From: a virus
Lineage: Duplodnaviria; Caudoviricetes
Reading direction: 5' to 3' (one strand)
Length of the DNA stretch: 64,000 nt
IMG/VR virus record: IMGVR_UViG_3300021399_000147
Span: 8,894-72,893 of that record
Shown here: positions 18,311-26,940 of the stretch, one piece after another
Layout: each line of letters starts with the position of its first letter
How positions within the stretch are numbered: the stretch's first letter is position 1
The notes under the pieces: generated by a model
The model's input: the letters and a program-made list of their open reading frames with translations, nothing else
Told to the model about the DNA's origin: nothing
Database searches by the model: none
Program-made: the position numbers and the translations under genes

Positions 18311-18597
18311 CATACGAAGAATTAAAAGAACATTGCAAAAGACAGGTACAACAGTTTGAACGAATTGAGAAAATAATGCCTGTGACACCAAATGATTGGA
18401 AAAGATATGAGGAACACAAGCTGATATTAGAATTGCTAGAGCAAGAGCCTATTCTTGACAAGATAAGAGCTGAGATGCTTGAAGAAATGTTGTCTCATAG
18501 CGGAACAGGCGAAGAAGTGATACAGGCCTATGCTGATGGACTTAAAAAGGGGTTAGATATTATTGATAAATATAAGACAGAAAGCGAGCAAGTATGA
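18307..18597 (+). CDS. Mosaic small protein (LEQEP plus LDKIRAE module)
   Basis: Shared modules with 7050..7301 and neighbours. Confidence 0.65.
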   Translation: MTYEELKEHCKRQVQQFERIEKIMPVTPNDWKRYEEHKLILELLEQEPILDKIRAEMLEEMLSHSGTGEEVIQAYADGLKKGLDIIDKYKTESEQV

Positions 18598-18851
18598 ACA
18601 GAGAAGAAACGAAAAAACACTTTAAATCTTGGTGTCAGGGGCATATAGGTAACAATGGATCCGATAAAGATTATCATATGTTCAATAATATTATGGCATT
18701 GTTAGAGCAAGAGCCTACGCTTTACAAGATATTCTGCATAGTACATCCATTAAGCATTATGTCAACACCAGAGTTGGAACACAAAGCAATAATGCAGATA
18801 GCAGAGTTGTTAGAACCAATATGTTTGCCGGAAAGTGAGGACGAGGAATGA
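18594..18851 (+). CDS. Mosaic small protein (LEQEP)
   Basis: ORF track; shared junction. Confidence 0.6.
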   Translation: MNREETKKHFKSWCQGHIGNNGSDKDYHMFNNIMALLEQEPTLYKIFCIVHPLSIMSTPELEHKAIMQIAELLEPICLPESEDEE

Positions 18852-19108
18852 CAAACGGAGAGAAACTAAAAGAAATATTTCCAAATTTACGAATAATAGA
18901 GTGTAAGTATTTTGTAGGTGTAATGGGAGAAAATTATGAATTTAATAATACATACCCATTAAAATGGTGGAATGCTGAATATAAAGAACCAATAACTTGT
19001 AAGGATTGTAAATCCAGAAAGTGTAATGATGCTGGTGATTATTATTGTGATATAACTGGTGGATATTATGAACCCGATTATCATTGTAAAGATGCGAAGA
19101 GAAAGTAG
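18848..19108 (+). CDS. Hypothetical protein, paralog of 19118..19417
   Basis: MTNGEKLKEIFP...WWNAEYKEP. Confidence 0.65.
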   Translation: MTNGEKLKEIFPNLRIIECKYFVGVMGENYEFNNTYPLKWWNAEYKEPITCKDCKSRKCNDAGDYYCDITGGYYEPDYHCKDAKRK

Positions 19109-19117
19109 GGTAAGAAA

Positions 19118-19417
19118 ATGACAAATGGAGAGAAACTAAAAGAAGTATTTCCAGATATAGAATTTACAGAAATGGCGTATACTGTTCATGCAGTGGCAGG
19201 AGTCACTTCAAATGGAGTAAAGGGACACATTAGTTATGATTTTTGGAAAGAATGGTGGAACGCAGAATATAAAGAGCCAAGAAAAGGTTATCTATCCATT
19301 GATGATGTAATGGAGGTATTTGATGATTTTATGTGTGGAGAAGTGGACGAAGATGGCATAGACACATTTGTGGAAATGTTAAGAGATAAGGCAGATATGA
19401 GAGAGGTAGAAGAATGA
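19118..19417 (+). CDS. Hypothetical protein, paralog of 18848..19108
   Basis: MTNGEKLKEVFP...WWNAEYKEP. Confidence 0.65.
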   Translation: MTNGEKLKEVFPDIEFTEMAYTVHAVAGVTSNGVKGHISYDFWKEWWNAEYKEPRKGYLSIDDVMEVFDDFMCGEVDEDGIDTFVEMLRDKADMREVEE

Positions 19418-19752
19418 CAAGAAAAGAAAGAGCTATAAAAAATCTAAAACAGATGTGTAGTGATGGAAGATATTTAGGAAGTGGGAGTTATGTACCTTTA
19501 GAAGTGTTAGAAGATTTTAATTTAGCAATTCAAGCACTAGAGCAAGAGCCTAGATGGATTCCTGTTAGTGAGAAGTTGCCCGAATCAGATGAAGAATATC
19601 ACACGTTTTTGGTAACAGATAATAAAGGTAGGGTAACATTATCAGAGTTTTATCTATCAATATCGGATAGGAAACCTTATTGGAGTGGGATGATAGATGT
19701 TAAAGCATGGATGCCATTACCGAAACCATATGAAGTAGAAAGTGAGGAATAA
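19414..19752 (+). CDS. DUF551-like domain protein
   Basis: WIPVSEKLPE...VKAWMPLPKPY. Confidence 0.75.
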   Translation: MTRKERAIKNLKQMCSDGRYLGSGSYVPLEVLEDFNLAIQALEQEPRWIPVSEKLPESDEEYHTFLVTDNKGRVTLSEFYLSISDRKPYWSGMIDVKAWMPLPKPYEVESEE

Positions 19753-19909
19753 GGATGGGATGTTCAAAATGTGAATATGCACCAAGAACATACGAGGAAT
19801 ATTGTATGAGTACAAAGCAACCACAATCATTTTGTCCAGATGCTTATACAGAGAAAGCACAATACTGTGGTAATTATGAAAAATCACAGGCAGAAAGTGA
19901 GGAATAAAC

Positions 19910-20179
19910 ATGGCAGATATAGAGTTAGTGATTAAGATACCAGAAAGCACATATCAAGTATTTAAACAACTTAGTAAGATTATAGGTGTTCTAGTATATG
20001 AAAAAGATATTTTAACGCTTATAAAAGCAGTTAAAAATGGCACACCACTTCCTAAAGGACATGGAAGATTGATAGATGCTGATGATATAGATAATCATAT
20101 TATAGGTCACGTTGATACAAGAAGTTGTCCAACAATCATAGAAGCAGACAAGGGAAGTGAGGGAATATGTCAGAGCTAA
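19910..20179 (+). CDS. Hypothetical protein
   Basis: NGTPLPKGHGRLIDAD..PTIIEAD, common phage motif. Confidence 0.65.
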   Translation: MADIELVIKIPESTYQVFKQLSKIIGVLVYEKDILTLIKAVKNGTPLPKGHGRLIDADDIDNHIIGHVDTRSCPTIIEADKGSEGICQS

Positions 20180-20283
20180 TAGCAATCTATTTGGTAGGTT
20201 TTGTAGGTGGAACATTGTTCGGATTGTCAATTGCATTTGCAGTATGGGTATATAAAGTAAAAAGCAGAAAGTGAGGAATAAAT

Positions 20284-20523
20284 ATGCAAAAAATAAATTG
20301 GGATGAGATAGATAAACAGGAAATATCAAAGTCGGTAGTATTACTTGATTTGTTTACCAAAACCTTTTGTAGATACCAGAATGATTATGAGAGGTTTGAC
20401 GATTTGAAATTTAGATGTGATGAATGTCCATTCAGCAAATCTAATGGGAATTGTATGTGTAAAGAGTTTAAAAACAAATACGCTCCAGATTATCGAGATT
20501 TTGGTAGTATGGGGGATTTATAA
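20284..20523 (+). CDS. Hypothetical Cys-containing protein
   Basis: ORF track; GTGAGG RBS. Confidence 0.6.
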   Translation: MQKINWDEIDKQEISKSVVLLDLFTKTFCRYQNDYERFDDLKFRCDECPFSKSNGNCMCKEFKNKYAPDYRDFGSMGDL

Positions 20524-20646
20524 GGCAGAAAGTGAGGAAACATGAATGTATAATTTCTTACTAGGATGTGTTATAGGTGCAATAATTACAAATCTTTTAT
20601 GGTATATACATGACAGAAAGTGAGAAATAAGAAGTGAGGAATAAAG

Positions 20647-20832
20647 ATGCCTAGAAAGAAAAAAGAGCCCCCTACATATTCAAAAGAATATGAATGGGAA
20701 TTATATCAGAAATTACAGAATCATGCCTTTAGTGATGAGGATATATTACAAGGATTCTTTCATCATCTTACGCCCGAAGAGTCTTGTGCGGTAATGGAAG
20801 ATATTTGTAGGGAAAATGAAATAGAGCTTTAA
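20647..20832 (+). CDS. Hypothetical protein, paralog of 21313..21492
   Basis: YSKEYEWEL..KL....SDEDIL..F...C..MEDICR versus YSRDYESEL..KL....TDEDL...F...C..LEDACR. Confidence 0.6.
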   Translation: MPRKKKEPPTYSKEYEWELYQKLQNHAFSDEDILQGFFHHLTPEESCAVMEDICRENEIEL

Positions 20833-20834
20833 AG

Positions 20835-20908
20835 TTCCTGTTGAAGTGTGTTATTGCTTATGCTATCCTAATATCGTAAACAATAACACACTTTTATTTT
20901 GAAGGAGA
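20835..20908 (+). promoter_or_regulatory. Cassette promoter and leader, copy 2
   Basis: TTGAAG(20841)-17-TATCCT(20864), AACACAC, GAAGGAG. Confidence 0.8.
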
Positions 20909-20916
20909 TTGAAGTT

Positions 20917-21126
20917 ATGGTGGAAATTAAAAAGAAGTGCTTAATCTGTGGTAAGACCACATCACTAAAAATCACAAACAAGGTAGCAGAGATGTATGAC
21001 AAGTATTTAGCTGGATATGGACTTATTCAAGATTTACCATTGCCAGCTGATAAGAGAGAATTTCTTATGTCAGGTATGTGCATGAGCTGTCAGGAAGATT
21101 TCTTTAATAGTGAGGAGGAAGAGTGA
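20917..21126 (+). CDS. Small zinc-binding protein
   Basis: CLICG..REFLMSGMCMSCQEDFF. Confidence 0.65.
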   Translation: MVEIKKKCLICGKTTSLKITNKVAEMYDKYLAGYGLIQDLPLPADKREFLMSGMCMSCQEDFFNSEEEE

Positions 21127-21299
21127 TGGATAATATTGTAATGTTCTTTGATAGAAAAGGCGAAGGTCATTATGGTCTGATGATTAGAGAATATCCAGCA
21201 TTTGAGGGTGGTATGAGATATATCATTGAGGATGAGACTAGCGGATATGAGTATAGATGCGTTAAAGAGAATGGCAAGTATGTAGAGCTTGTGGTGTGA
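21126..21299 (+). CDS. Hypothetical protein (57 aa)
   Basis: Manual translation MDNIVMFFDRKG...VELVV. Confidence 0.55.
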   Translation: MDNIVMFFDRKGEGHYGLMIREYPAFEGGMRYIIEDETSGYEYRCVKENGKYVELVV

Positions 21300-21312
21300 A
21301 AGGAGAACAGAT

Positions 21313-21492
21313 ATGAGTAAGCCATATAGTAGAGATTATGAAAGTGAATTATTGGATAAACTCAGAGAGAATGAAATAACAGATGAGGATTTAGTAGGAT
21401 GTTTCCTAAACTATTTTAGCTCAGATGATACTTGTGCCTGTCTTGAAGATGCGTGCAGAACCTATGATATAGAATATGAGGAGGAAGAGTAA
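21313..21492 (+). CDS. Hypothetical acidic protein, paralog of 20647..20832
   Basis: AAGGAG RBS before ATG 21313. Confidence 0.6.
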   Translation: MSKPYSRDYESELLDKLRENEITDEDLVGCFLNYFSSDDTCACLEDACRTYDIEYEEEE

Positions 21493-21770
21493 TGATGGAA
21501 TATGTTACCCAATGCAAAGATAACAAGACAGGACTTACATTAGTCTTGTCTGAGGTAAGCTATAATCAAGCGATTGACTGGTTACAGAGAAAAGCCGAAA
21601 AGTATTTCAAAGAAATATTTAGGTGTGAAAGTATAGATACTACCCGTACAGTAATAAGTGTAGGCACACCTAAGCATGATTTTGATTTTAACGGTAATCC
21701 TACTGTGTGGTACACTAATATCATTAAGTTCTACTATGATGAGGAAAGAGGATTGCTTCTGGAAGAATAA
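21492..21770 (+). CDS. Hypothetical protein
   Basis: ORF track. Confidence 0.6.
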   Translation: MMEYVTQCKDNKTGLTLVLSEVSYNQAIDWLQRKAEKYFKEIFRCESIDTTRTVISVGTPKHDFDFNGNPTVWYTNIIKFYYDEERGLLLEE

Positions 21771-21780
21771 AGGAGATTAT

Positions 21781-22056
21781 ATGGAGATTCAGTATTCGTT
21801 TAAACCTGAAGAGGTTATATGTGATTTCAAGTTGATTGGCGAAACCTTTATGTTAGGCAGTCAAAAAGTAAAGACAGGAAAAGGCAAGAGAATGTACACT
21901 CAGTTAATTACATCAAAAGGATATGATGATATTGCAGTGGAGTTGATAAACAAAGCTAGATACGCATATACTCATGGATTAAAGAATGATGTGGTTTTAA
22001 CATCACAAGAGATAAGGGTATTAAAAGAGCTGGTAATTTACTGTGTAGGACTATAA
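21781..22056 (+). CDS. Hypothetical protein
   Basis: AAGGAG RBS before ATG 21781. Confidence 0.6.
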   Translation: MEIQYSFKPEEVICDFKLIGETFMLGSQKVKTGKGKRMYTQLITSKGYDDIAVELINKARYAYTHGLKNDVVLTSQEIRVLKELVIYCVGL

Positions 22057-22057
22057 C

Positions 22058-22132
22058 TTCCTATTGTAGGATAGTACAGAACGTGCTATCCTATACTTGT
22101 AAACGAAAACACACTTTTTATTGTAAAGGAGA
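22058..22132 (+). promoter_or_regulatory. Cassette promoter and leader, copy 3 (hairpin-forming)
   Basis: TTGTAG(22064)-17-TATCCT(22087); inverted repeat TAGGATAG/CTATCCTA. Confidence 0.8.
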
Positions 22133-22138
22133 AAAACT

Positions 22139-22459
22139 ATGGAAATGTTATTTGATGAGAAAGATTATGAGCCACTGAAAGAAGGCGAGACTTACGAAGG
22201 TAAGTTCGTTATTATCGCACCTAAGTACTTTAGACCTGAGTATAGAAGTGCTAAGTACCAGTTGTTTCATGCAGAAGGTGGATTTGGTTGTGACCCTAGT
22301 AAGATGGGTAATGCAGTATTCGGCAGAGATTGTGAAGAGATGTATAGGCAGGAGAGATATAACATTCTTGGTGTAGCTAAAGAGTCTGCAATTCGTGAGT
22401 GGGAAAAAACCTACCATATGAGTAGAGAGGATATATTGAAAGTAGGTAGAGATGAGTAA
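22139..22459 (+). CDS. Conserved hypothetical protein (YQLF..GGFGC.P motif recalled from Firmicutes mobile elements)
   Basis: KYFRPEYRSAKYQLFHAEGGFGCDPSKMGNAVFG. Confidence 0.6.
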   Translation: MEMLFDEKDYEPLKEGETYEGKFVIIAPKYFRPEYRSAKYQLFHAEGGFGCDPSKMGNAVFGRDCEEMYRQERYNILGVAKESAIREWEKTYHMSREDILKVGRDE

Positions 22460-22637
22460 AGGAAGAGATTTCTATAATTTAAGAGCCCTGCTAAAACAGC
22501 GGGGCTACAATGTTTCTGATGATTATATATGGGCAGTAATAGATTATCTTGATTTATGTCCTGATACATACACTATATTTGACTGGTTAGAAGATACAGA
22601 GAAGAACTATCCAGAAACTTTGAAAGGAGAATATTAG
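22452..22637 (+). CDS. Hypothetical protein
   Basis: ORF track. Confidence 0.55.
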   Translation: MSKGRDFYNLRALLKQRGYNVSDDYIWAVIDYLDLCPDTYTIFDWLEDTEKNYPETLKGEY

Positions 22638-22639
22638 TT

Positions 22640-22948
22640 ATGCAAAAACAAAAAGAACATACATATCGGAGAATGATAGTAGGAAAGAATGTAAAATTCA
22701 GATTAAACGAGGTATACAAGGACATAGCTATCTATGAAGAAATTTGTCCTACAGGATATGTAGTTAGTCAGTCTTGGTTACTTGTAAATCAGCACCTCTA
22801 TATATTTGTACAGTCATACAATAATATGTGCAAAGAAGAGTTGCTGGACGCCATTGACAACTATAAGGATTGTGGTGAGTTTGGATTCAAGGGATTTATG
22901 AGAATAACAGGTTTTACAGTTCATCCGAACGGAAAGGATACATTATGA
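22640..22948 (+). CDS. Hypothetical protein
   Basis: ORF track; AAAGGAG RBS. Confidence 0.55.
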   Translation: MQKQKEHTYRRMIVGKNVKFRLNEVYKDIAIYEEICPTGYVVSQSWLLVNQHLYIFVQSYNNMCKEELLDAIDNYKDCGEFGFKGFMRITGFTVHPNGKDTL

Positions 22949-23283
22949 GTTTTTGTGATTTCCATACAATGCAGACAAAATCGGGGCGTACATTTACGCC
23001 CCTTAACAGTTATGATGTTGTCGAGGTTATCAGAGATGATATGGGTGATGAAGTAGCTGATGAGGTAACTGGATGGTTAGAAGAGAACGTCAGAGAAGAG
23101 ATGGAGTTCAATTCTGACTACACTGCTATGGAGCAGGAAGTAGAAATCTGGCATAGTTTTGTAGATGACCTCTCAGAAGAAATCGAGCGGCTAAGAGAAA
23201 AGATAGAGGATAATAAATTGACAAAAGCCAATATTTCAGTGGAACTCTATAAAATCTATGAAAAGATGAGAAAGGAGCTTTAA
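22945..23283 (+). CDS. Hypothetical acidic coiled-coil protein
   Basis: ORF track. Confidence 0.6.
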   Translation: MSFCDFHTMQTKSGRTFTPLNSYDVVEVIRDDMGDEVADEVTGWLEENVREEMEFNSDYTAMEQEVEIWHSFVDDLSEEIERLREKIEDNKLTKANISVELYKIYEKMRKEL

Positions 23284-23336
23284 TATGTGGTACTTGATAT
23301 TATTTATTCTGTTTTGTGTCTTTGTTCTTTGAAATA

Positions 23337-23413
23337 TTCCTGTTGTAAGGGCAATCAGAGTGTGTTATCCTATTATTGTAAACAAAAACACACACAAAAC
23401 ATTGAAAAGGAGA
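23337..23413 (+). promoter_or_regulatory. Cassette promoter and leader, copy 4
   Basis: TTGTAA(23343)-17-TATCCT(23366), AACACAC, TTGAAAAGGAG. Confidence 0.8.
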
Positions 23414-23421
23414 TTACCGTT

Positions 23422-23667
23422 ATGACAAAGCAGGAAAAGAAAGAATATGAGAACAAGGAACCAATAGCAACATTTGTATTGTGCAACTTAGGCGGAATAG
23501 AGATTTTAGATATTCTCTATGGAATTGATGATTATGTAGTATACCGATTTAACTTTGGTAAGCCTGAAGAAACACACAGAGCTAAAATAAGATATGGTGT
23601 AAACCACTCTAGTTTCAAGACATTTGTTGGATATAGCGTACGTCTTGATGAGTGCATGAGAGTATGA
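23422..23667 (+). CDS. Hypothetical protein
   Basis: Start at ATG 23422 after the cassette RBS; LGGIEILDI..GIDDYV..R..LDECMRV. Confidence 0.65.
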   Translation: MTKQEKKEYENKEPIATFVLCNLGGIEILDILYGIDDYVVYRFNFGKPEETHRAKIRYGVNHSSFKTFVGYSVRLDECMRV

Positions 23668-23680
23668 AAGGAGAATTAAG

Positions 23681-23899
23681 ATGGAAGAAGAATTTGTGAT
23701 TGTAGGAGATTCAAAGAAATTTAAAGGCTGTCTGATAACTACTTGTGGAACTAAGCAGAGAGCAGAAGAGGTATTGGAGCGTATGTTAACAGCTCCAACA
23801 CGTAATGATAAACTACTAATAGGTGATTGCACTAATCTAAGAATAAAGGGCTGTGACCCTAAGAAGTCTTGGTGGAATGATTCAGTACTTGCAAATTGA
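23681..23899 (+). CDS. Hypothetical protein
   Basis: ORF track; AAAGGAG RBS. Confidence 0.6.
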   Translation: MEEEFVIVGDSKKFKGCLITTCGTKQRAEEVLERMLTAPTRNDKLLIGDCTNLRIKGCDPKKSWWNDSVLAN

Positions 23900-23914
23900 A
23901 AGGAGAATAAGATA

Positions 23915-24088
23915 ATGGGTGAACATGAATATACTTGTTGCATATGTGGAAAACATTTTGTAGGCTGGGGTAATGACCCTTGGCCAGTAGATATGAGAGA
24001 TAATGTGGAGTGTTGTAATGCTTGCAATAATAGCAAAGTATTACCTGCAAGACTCCAGAGTTTATATAAAAATGGAAAGGAGAATTGA
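23915..24088 (+). CDS. Small zinc-finger protein
   Basis: Manual translation CCICGKHFVGWGNDPWP..CCNACN..VLPAR. Confidence 0.7.
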   Translation: MGEHEYTCCICGKHFVGWGNDPWPVDMRDNVECCNACNNSKVLPARLQSLYKNGKEN

Positions 24089-24092
24089 GATT

Positions 24093-24275
24093 ATGGAAGA
24101 ACGAATACAGATTATTAAATCTTATATAGATTATTATTTAGATTGCGCAAAAAAAGAAACGGATGTTATTAAAAAAGATTTATGGGTAGAATCAGCCGCA
24201 CATTGGACGCAATATCTAAAGAGTATATCAGGCATTAAATATAGGGAAAAAGAATGTAATATTTATTGCCAATAA
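24093..24275 (+). CDS. Hypothetical protein
   Basis: AAAGGAG RBS before ATG 24093. Confidence 0.5.
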   Translation: MEERIQIIKSYIDYYLDCAKKETDVIKKDLWVESAAHWTQYLKSISGIKYREKECNIYCQ

Positions 24276-24307
24276 AACCTAATTTTCATTGGGAAAGGAG
24301 AATTAAG

Positions 24308-24601
24308 ATGACAAAAGAATCCGAAGTAGTAAGAGATAGATTTGAAGCCTTAGTAAAGAAGTATGGATATAGAAGTATAAGGAATGTCTGCTTATCAGCA
24401 GGCATTACTGCTTCTAATCTATATTCCAATATTACAGGAGTGTATGACATATCCATTAAAAGAATGTTCAGGATAGCCAATGTTCTAGGCTGTGATGTGA
24501 CAGAGGTTATAGATGCATTTCACCACGACCTATATGAGGAGAATAAAGAGATAGTAGCAGAAGGTAAGAAACTTCCTGTTGAAGTGGTAGAAAATGTGTG
24601 A
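24308..24601 (+). CDS. XRE/Cro-C1 HTH transcriptional regulator
   Basis: SIRNVCLSAGITASNLYSNITG...SIKRMFRIANVLGCDV. Confidence 0.75.
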   Translation: MTKESEVVRDRFEALVKKYGYRSIRNVCLSAGITASNLYSNITGVYDISIKRMFRIANVLGCDVTEVIDAFHHDLYEENKEIVAEGKKLPVEVVENV

Positions 24602-24644
24602 TATCCTATACTCGTAAACAAAAACACACTTATTGTAAAGGAGA
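24573..24644 (+). promoter_or_regulatory. Cassette promoter and leader, copy 5 (overlaps 3' end of the XRE gene)
   Basis: TTGAAG(24579)-17-TATCCT(24602). Confidence 0.8.
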
Positions 24645-24650
24645 TTAGTT

Positions 24651-24971
24651 ATGGAAAACTACAACTTTAAAATTACAGAATGGTTAGACAATCAGGTAGA
24701 GTACACGAAGAAGCTGAGTGAGATTGTGGAATTTAAAGATGATGATGTGGAATTACACAATCTGGCAATGCACAGAGATAAGTACGAGGTCCATTTAGCA
24801 ACAGATACCTTGAGATTCATAGCCACAAAGTTAAATTTAGACTTATGTGTAGGCTCAAGGAGAAAATATGATAAAGAAAATCCTTATGAGGTGTTCTTTA
24901 TATATAAGGGCTTTAAGTTCTTAGATATAGAAACCGAAGAAGAATATCAGAAATACGGACCAGTGGTTTAA
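24651..24971 (+). CDS. Hypothetical protein
   Basis: ORF directly behind the cassette leader. Confidence 0.65.
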   Translation: MENYNFKITEWLDNQVEYTKKLSEIVEFKDDDVELHNLAMHRDKYEVHLATDTLRFIATKLNLDLCVGSRRKYDKENPYEVFFIYKGFKFLDIETEEEYQKYGPVV

Positions 24972-24984
24972 CTCGCTGATACTT

Positions 24985-25027
24985 CAAGCACTAGGAATGT
25001 AAAAGTTCCTAGTGCTTTTCTTTTTTA
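24985..25027 (+). terminator. Intrinsic terminator
   Basis: AAGCACTAGGAA-TGTAAAAG-TTCCTAGTGCTT followed by TTCTTTTTTT. Confidence 0.8.
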
Positions 25028-25082
25028 GATATGCTATCCTATTATTAGAAACAAGAACACACAGATTGAAAGGAGAGCCAAT

Positions 25083-25337
25083 ATGAAGAAACCTACATTA
25101 GTATTTTTTGATGAAGCTTATGGCTATACTGCATCAGCAACAAGAGAAGCAGGCAGAGACCTGACAGAGAAAGAAATGAGAAAGTGGTGGAAACACTACG
25201 CAAAGAGAGCACCTGAGTGTATAGCTATATCAGCAACCTATGAGAATGATGAGGGCGAAATTAGAGATATTACAGAAAACTGGGTGATGCACGAATGTGC
25301 CATGTATGCAGATGCACATAGTAATATTTTTAACTGA
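25083..25337 (+). CDS. Hypothetical protein behind partial cassette leader (copy 6)
   Basis: TATCCT at 25035, AACACAC and TTGAAAGGAG present, canonical -35 block absent. Confidence 0.6.
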   Translation: MKKPTLVFFDEAYGYTASATREAGRDLTEKEMRKWWKHYAKRAPECIAISATYENDEGEIRDITENWVMHECAMYADAHSNIFN

Positions 25338-25350
25338 AAGGAGACAGATT

Positions 25351-25596
25351 ATGTGCCACGGATGTAATGATTGCAAATGGTGTAAATGTTATAGAGGTGA
25401 CTATTGGACACCTGATGAATATGAGTGTCAAGGTGGATATGATATACCTGAAGATGTTATGCAGAGAGTATGGGAAAATGGTGAAGAGTGGAAAGATAAT
25501 GAAGAGCCCATCTGCCCTGCGTATGAAGAAGCACCTACAGAAGATGATGAGTATTGGGACAGATACGCTTATGAGGAGAATAAATCAGAGAGATAA
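25351..25596 (+). CDS. Cys-rich acidic small protein
   Basis: MCHGCNDCKWCKC..GDYWTPDEYEC..ICPAYEE. Confidence 0.6.
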   Translation: MCHGCNDCKWCKCYRGDYWTPDEYECQGGYDIPEDVMQRVWENGEEWKDNEEPICPAYEEAPTEDDEYWDRYAYEENKSER

Positions 25597-25597
25597 T

Positions 25598-25730
25598 TAC
25601 CTGTTGAAGGTACTTACTAGCTGTGAGACAATATACTTGTAAACAGTAATTGACAGCTAGTAAGTACTCCTGATGCTGAGTATACTCCGTCAGAAGTGCT
25701 GAACGGGTCACAACAACACACAAAGGAGAG
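25598..25730 (+). promoter_or_regulatory. Cassette promoter copy 7 with a structured insertion in the leader
   Basis: TTGAAG(25604)-17-GACAAT(25627); perfect 15-bp inverted repeat 25610-25624/25653-25667. Confidence 0.7.
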
Positions 25731-25735
25731 AAGAT

Positions 25736-26056
25736 ATGATACAGTTAGATGGAGTTTACCCAAGTAATATCAATGGAGTAGTAATTGAGAAGTTTGAAGA
25801 TATGCTGGCAGACCATCCTCTTGATGACAGATATGCTAAAGATATTGTGACAACCAATAATGCTAATATTCAGGCATATTCAGATGAGTTTGCAAAGCAG
25901 GTAGCATATGCAGAGAATATTGATTTTGGTGAATGGATTAAGTACAACACAGGATTGATGCCTTATATCAAGAAAGCCGCAAACACAGTACACTGGTTAC
26001 ATGAGAATGGATATACAGAGTACAAGGTAAATATGCAGTCGGGAATCATTAAGTAA
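25736..26056 (+). CDS. Hypothetical protein
   Basis: ORF track; AAAGGAG RBS. Confidence 0.65.
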   Translation: MIQLDGVYPSNINGVVIEKFEDMLADHPLDDRYAKDIVTTNNANIQAYSDEFAKQVAYAENIDFGEWIKYNTGLMPYIKKAANTVHWLHENGYTEYKVNMQSGIIK

Positions 26057-26070
26057 GAAGGAGAACAGTT

Positions 26071-26421
26071 ATGGCAACAATGATTAAATATGGAACAAAA
26101 TTAGGTGAAAGTCTTATTCACGATATGAATTATTATAGGCATGATGGAGATACACTCTATGAAGTGTATGGTAAACCATCTAAGAAAAAGAGAGATAGTT
26201 GGGAGAAGATTAGACGGGATTGTGAGTATCTCAAAGGCAGACACCTTCATATAATAGGAGCATCAAGTTATAGTTATTCCTGTATATATGCTTATCCTGT
26301 ATATGATTTTAGGGATAACAGCATTATATCTATGATTATTAGAAAAGAAACATCAGGCAGCACATATGAGATGGAAATGCCATTAGATGATTACGAAAGA
26401 TTGATAATAAGAAGGCATTGA
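26071..26421 (+). CDS. Hypothetical protein
   Basis: LYEVYGKPSKKKRDSWEKI...IIGASSYSYSC. Confidence 0.65.
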   Translation: MATMIKYGTKLGESLIHDMNYYRHDGDTLYEVYGKPSKKKRDSWEKIRRDCEYLKGRHLHIIGASSYSYSCIYAYPVYDFRDNSIISMIIRKETSGSTYEMEMPLDDYERLIIRRH

Positions 26422-26479
26422 GAATGACTGCCTTAAAGAAAATTGATTACGAGGAATTACCTTTCAATTAAATGTGTGT

Positions 26480-26518
26480 TTAGTCGTGTAGGTGTAACAG
26501 CTTGCACGACTATTTTTT
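26480..26518 (+). terminator. Intrinsic terminator
   Basis: TAGTCGTGTAG..TTGCACGACTA followed by TTTTTT. Confidence 0.7.
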
Positions 26519-26637
26519 AGGCGTAAAAATCAATAGCGCCAGGAAGCTCAGGATTCGATTTTTATTATTCGATTGATAAAATGTTCATTGAAGCAGATTA
26601 AAAGCTCAGGAAAGAGCTGGAAATGAGAAGTCAAAAC

Positions 26638-26707
26638 TTCCTGTTGTAGCTCATTATCAGATGTGCTATCCTATTCTTGTAAAAAGTAATACATATTGAA
26701 AAGGAGA
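26638..26707 (+). promoter_or_regulatory. Cassette promoter and leader, copy 8
   Basis: TTGTAG(26644)-17-TATCCT(26667). Confidence 0.8.
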
Positions 26708-26715
26708 TTACCATT

Positions 26716-26940
26716 ATGAATGAGAATGTAACATACCTATTAGAGAAGCATGGCCTTGAAAACTATGAAGATTACGCTGCCATGTTAGGAAATATGAGTC
26801 AGGCGGCAAAAGAAATGCTCGAAAGTACAGAGATGGGCGAAAGAGATGATATAGAGAAGAATAACCTTAAGATATTAACAGAGTTACTTCCTATATGCTC
26901 AGACTTATTCATTAACTGTGACCCGTATTACAGAAAATAA
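26716..26940 (+). CDS. Hypothetical protein
   Basis: ORF behind the cassette leader; stop abuts the next promoter. Confidence 0.65.
   Translation: MNENVTYLLEKHGLENYEDYAAMLGNMSQAAKEMLESTEMGERDDIEKNNLKILTELLPICSDLFINCDPYYRK

Noticed and set aside
25668-25712. Hammerhead ribozyme (CTGATG start)
   Set aside because: Core requires CUGANGA and GAAA in register; the sequence reads CTGATGCT with no properly placed GAAA
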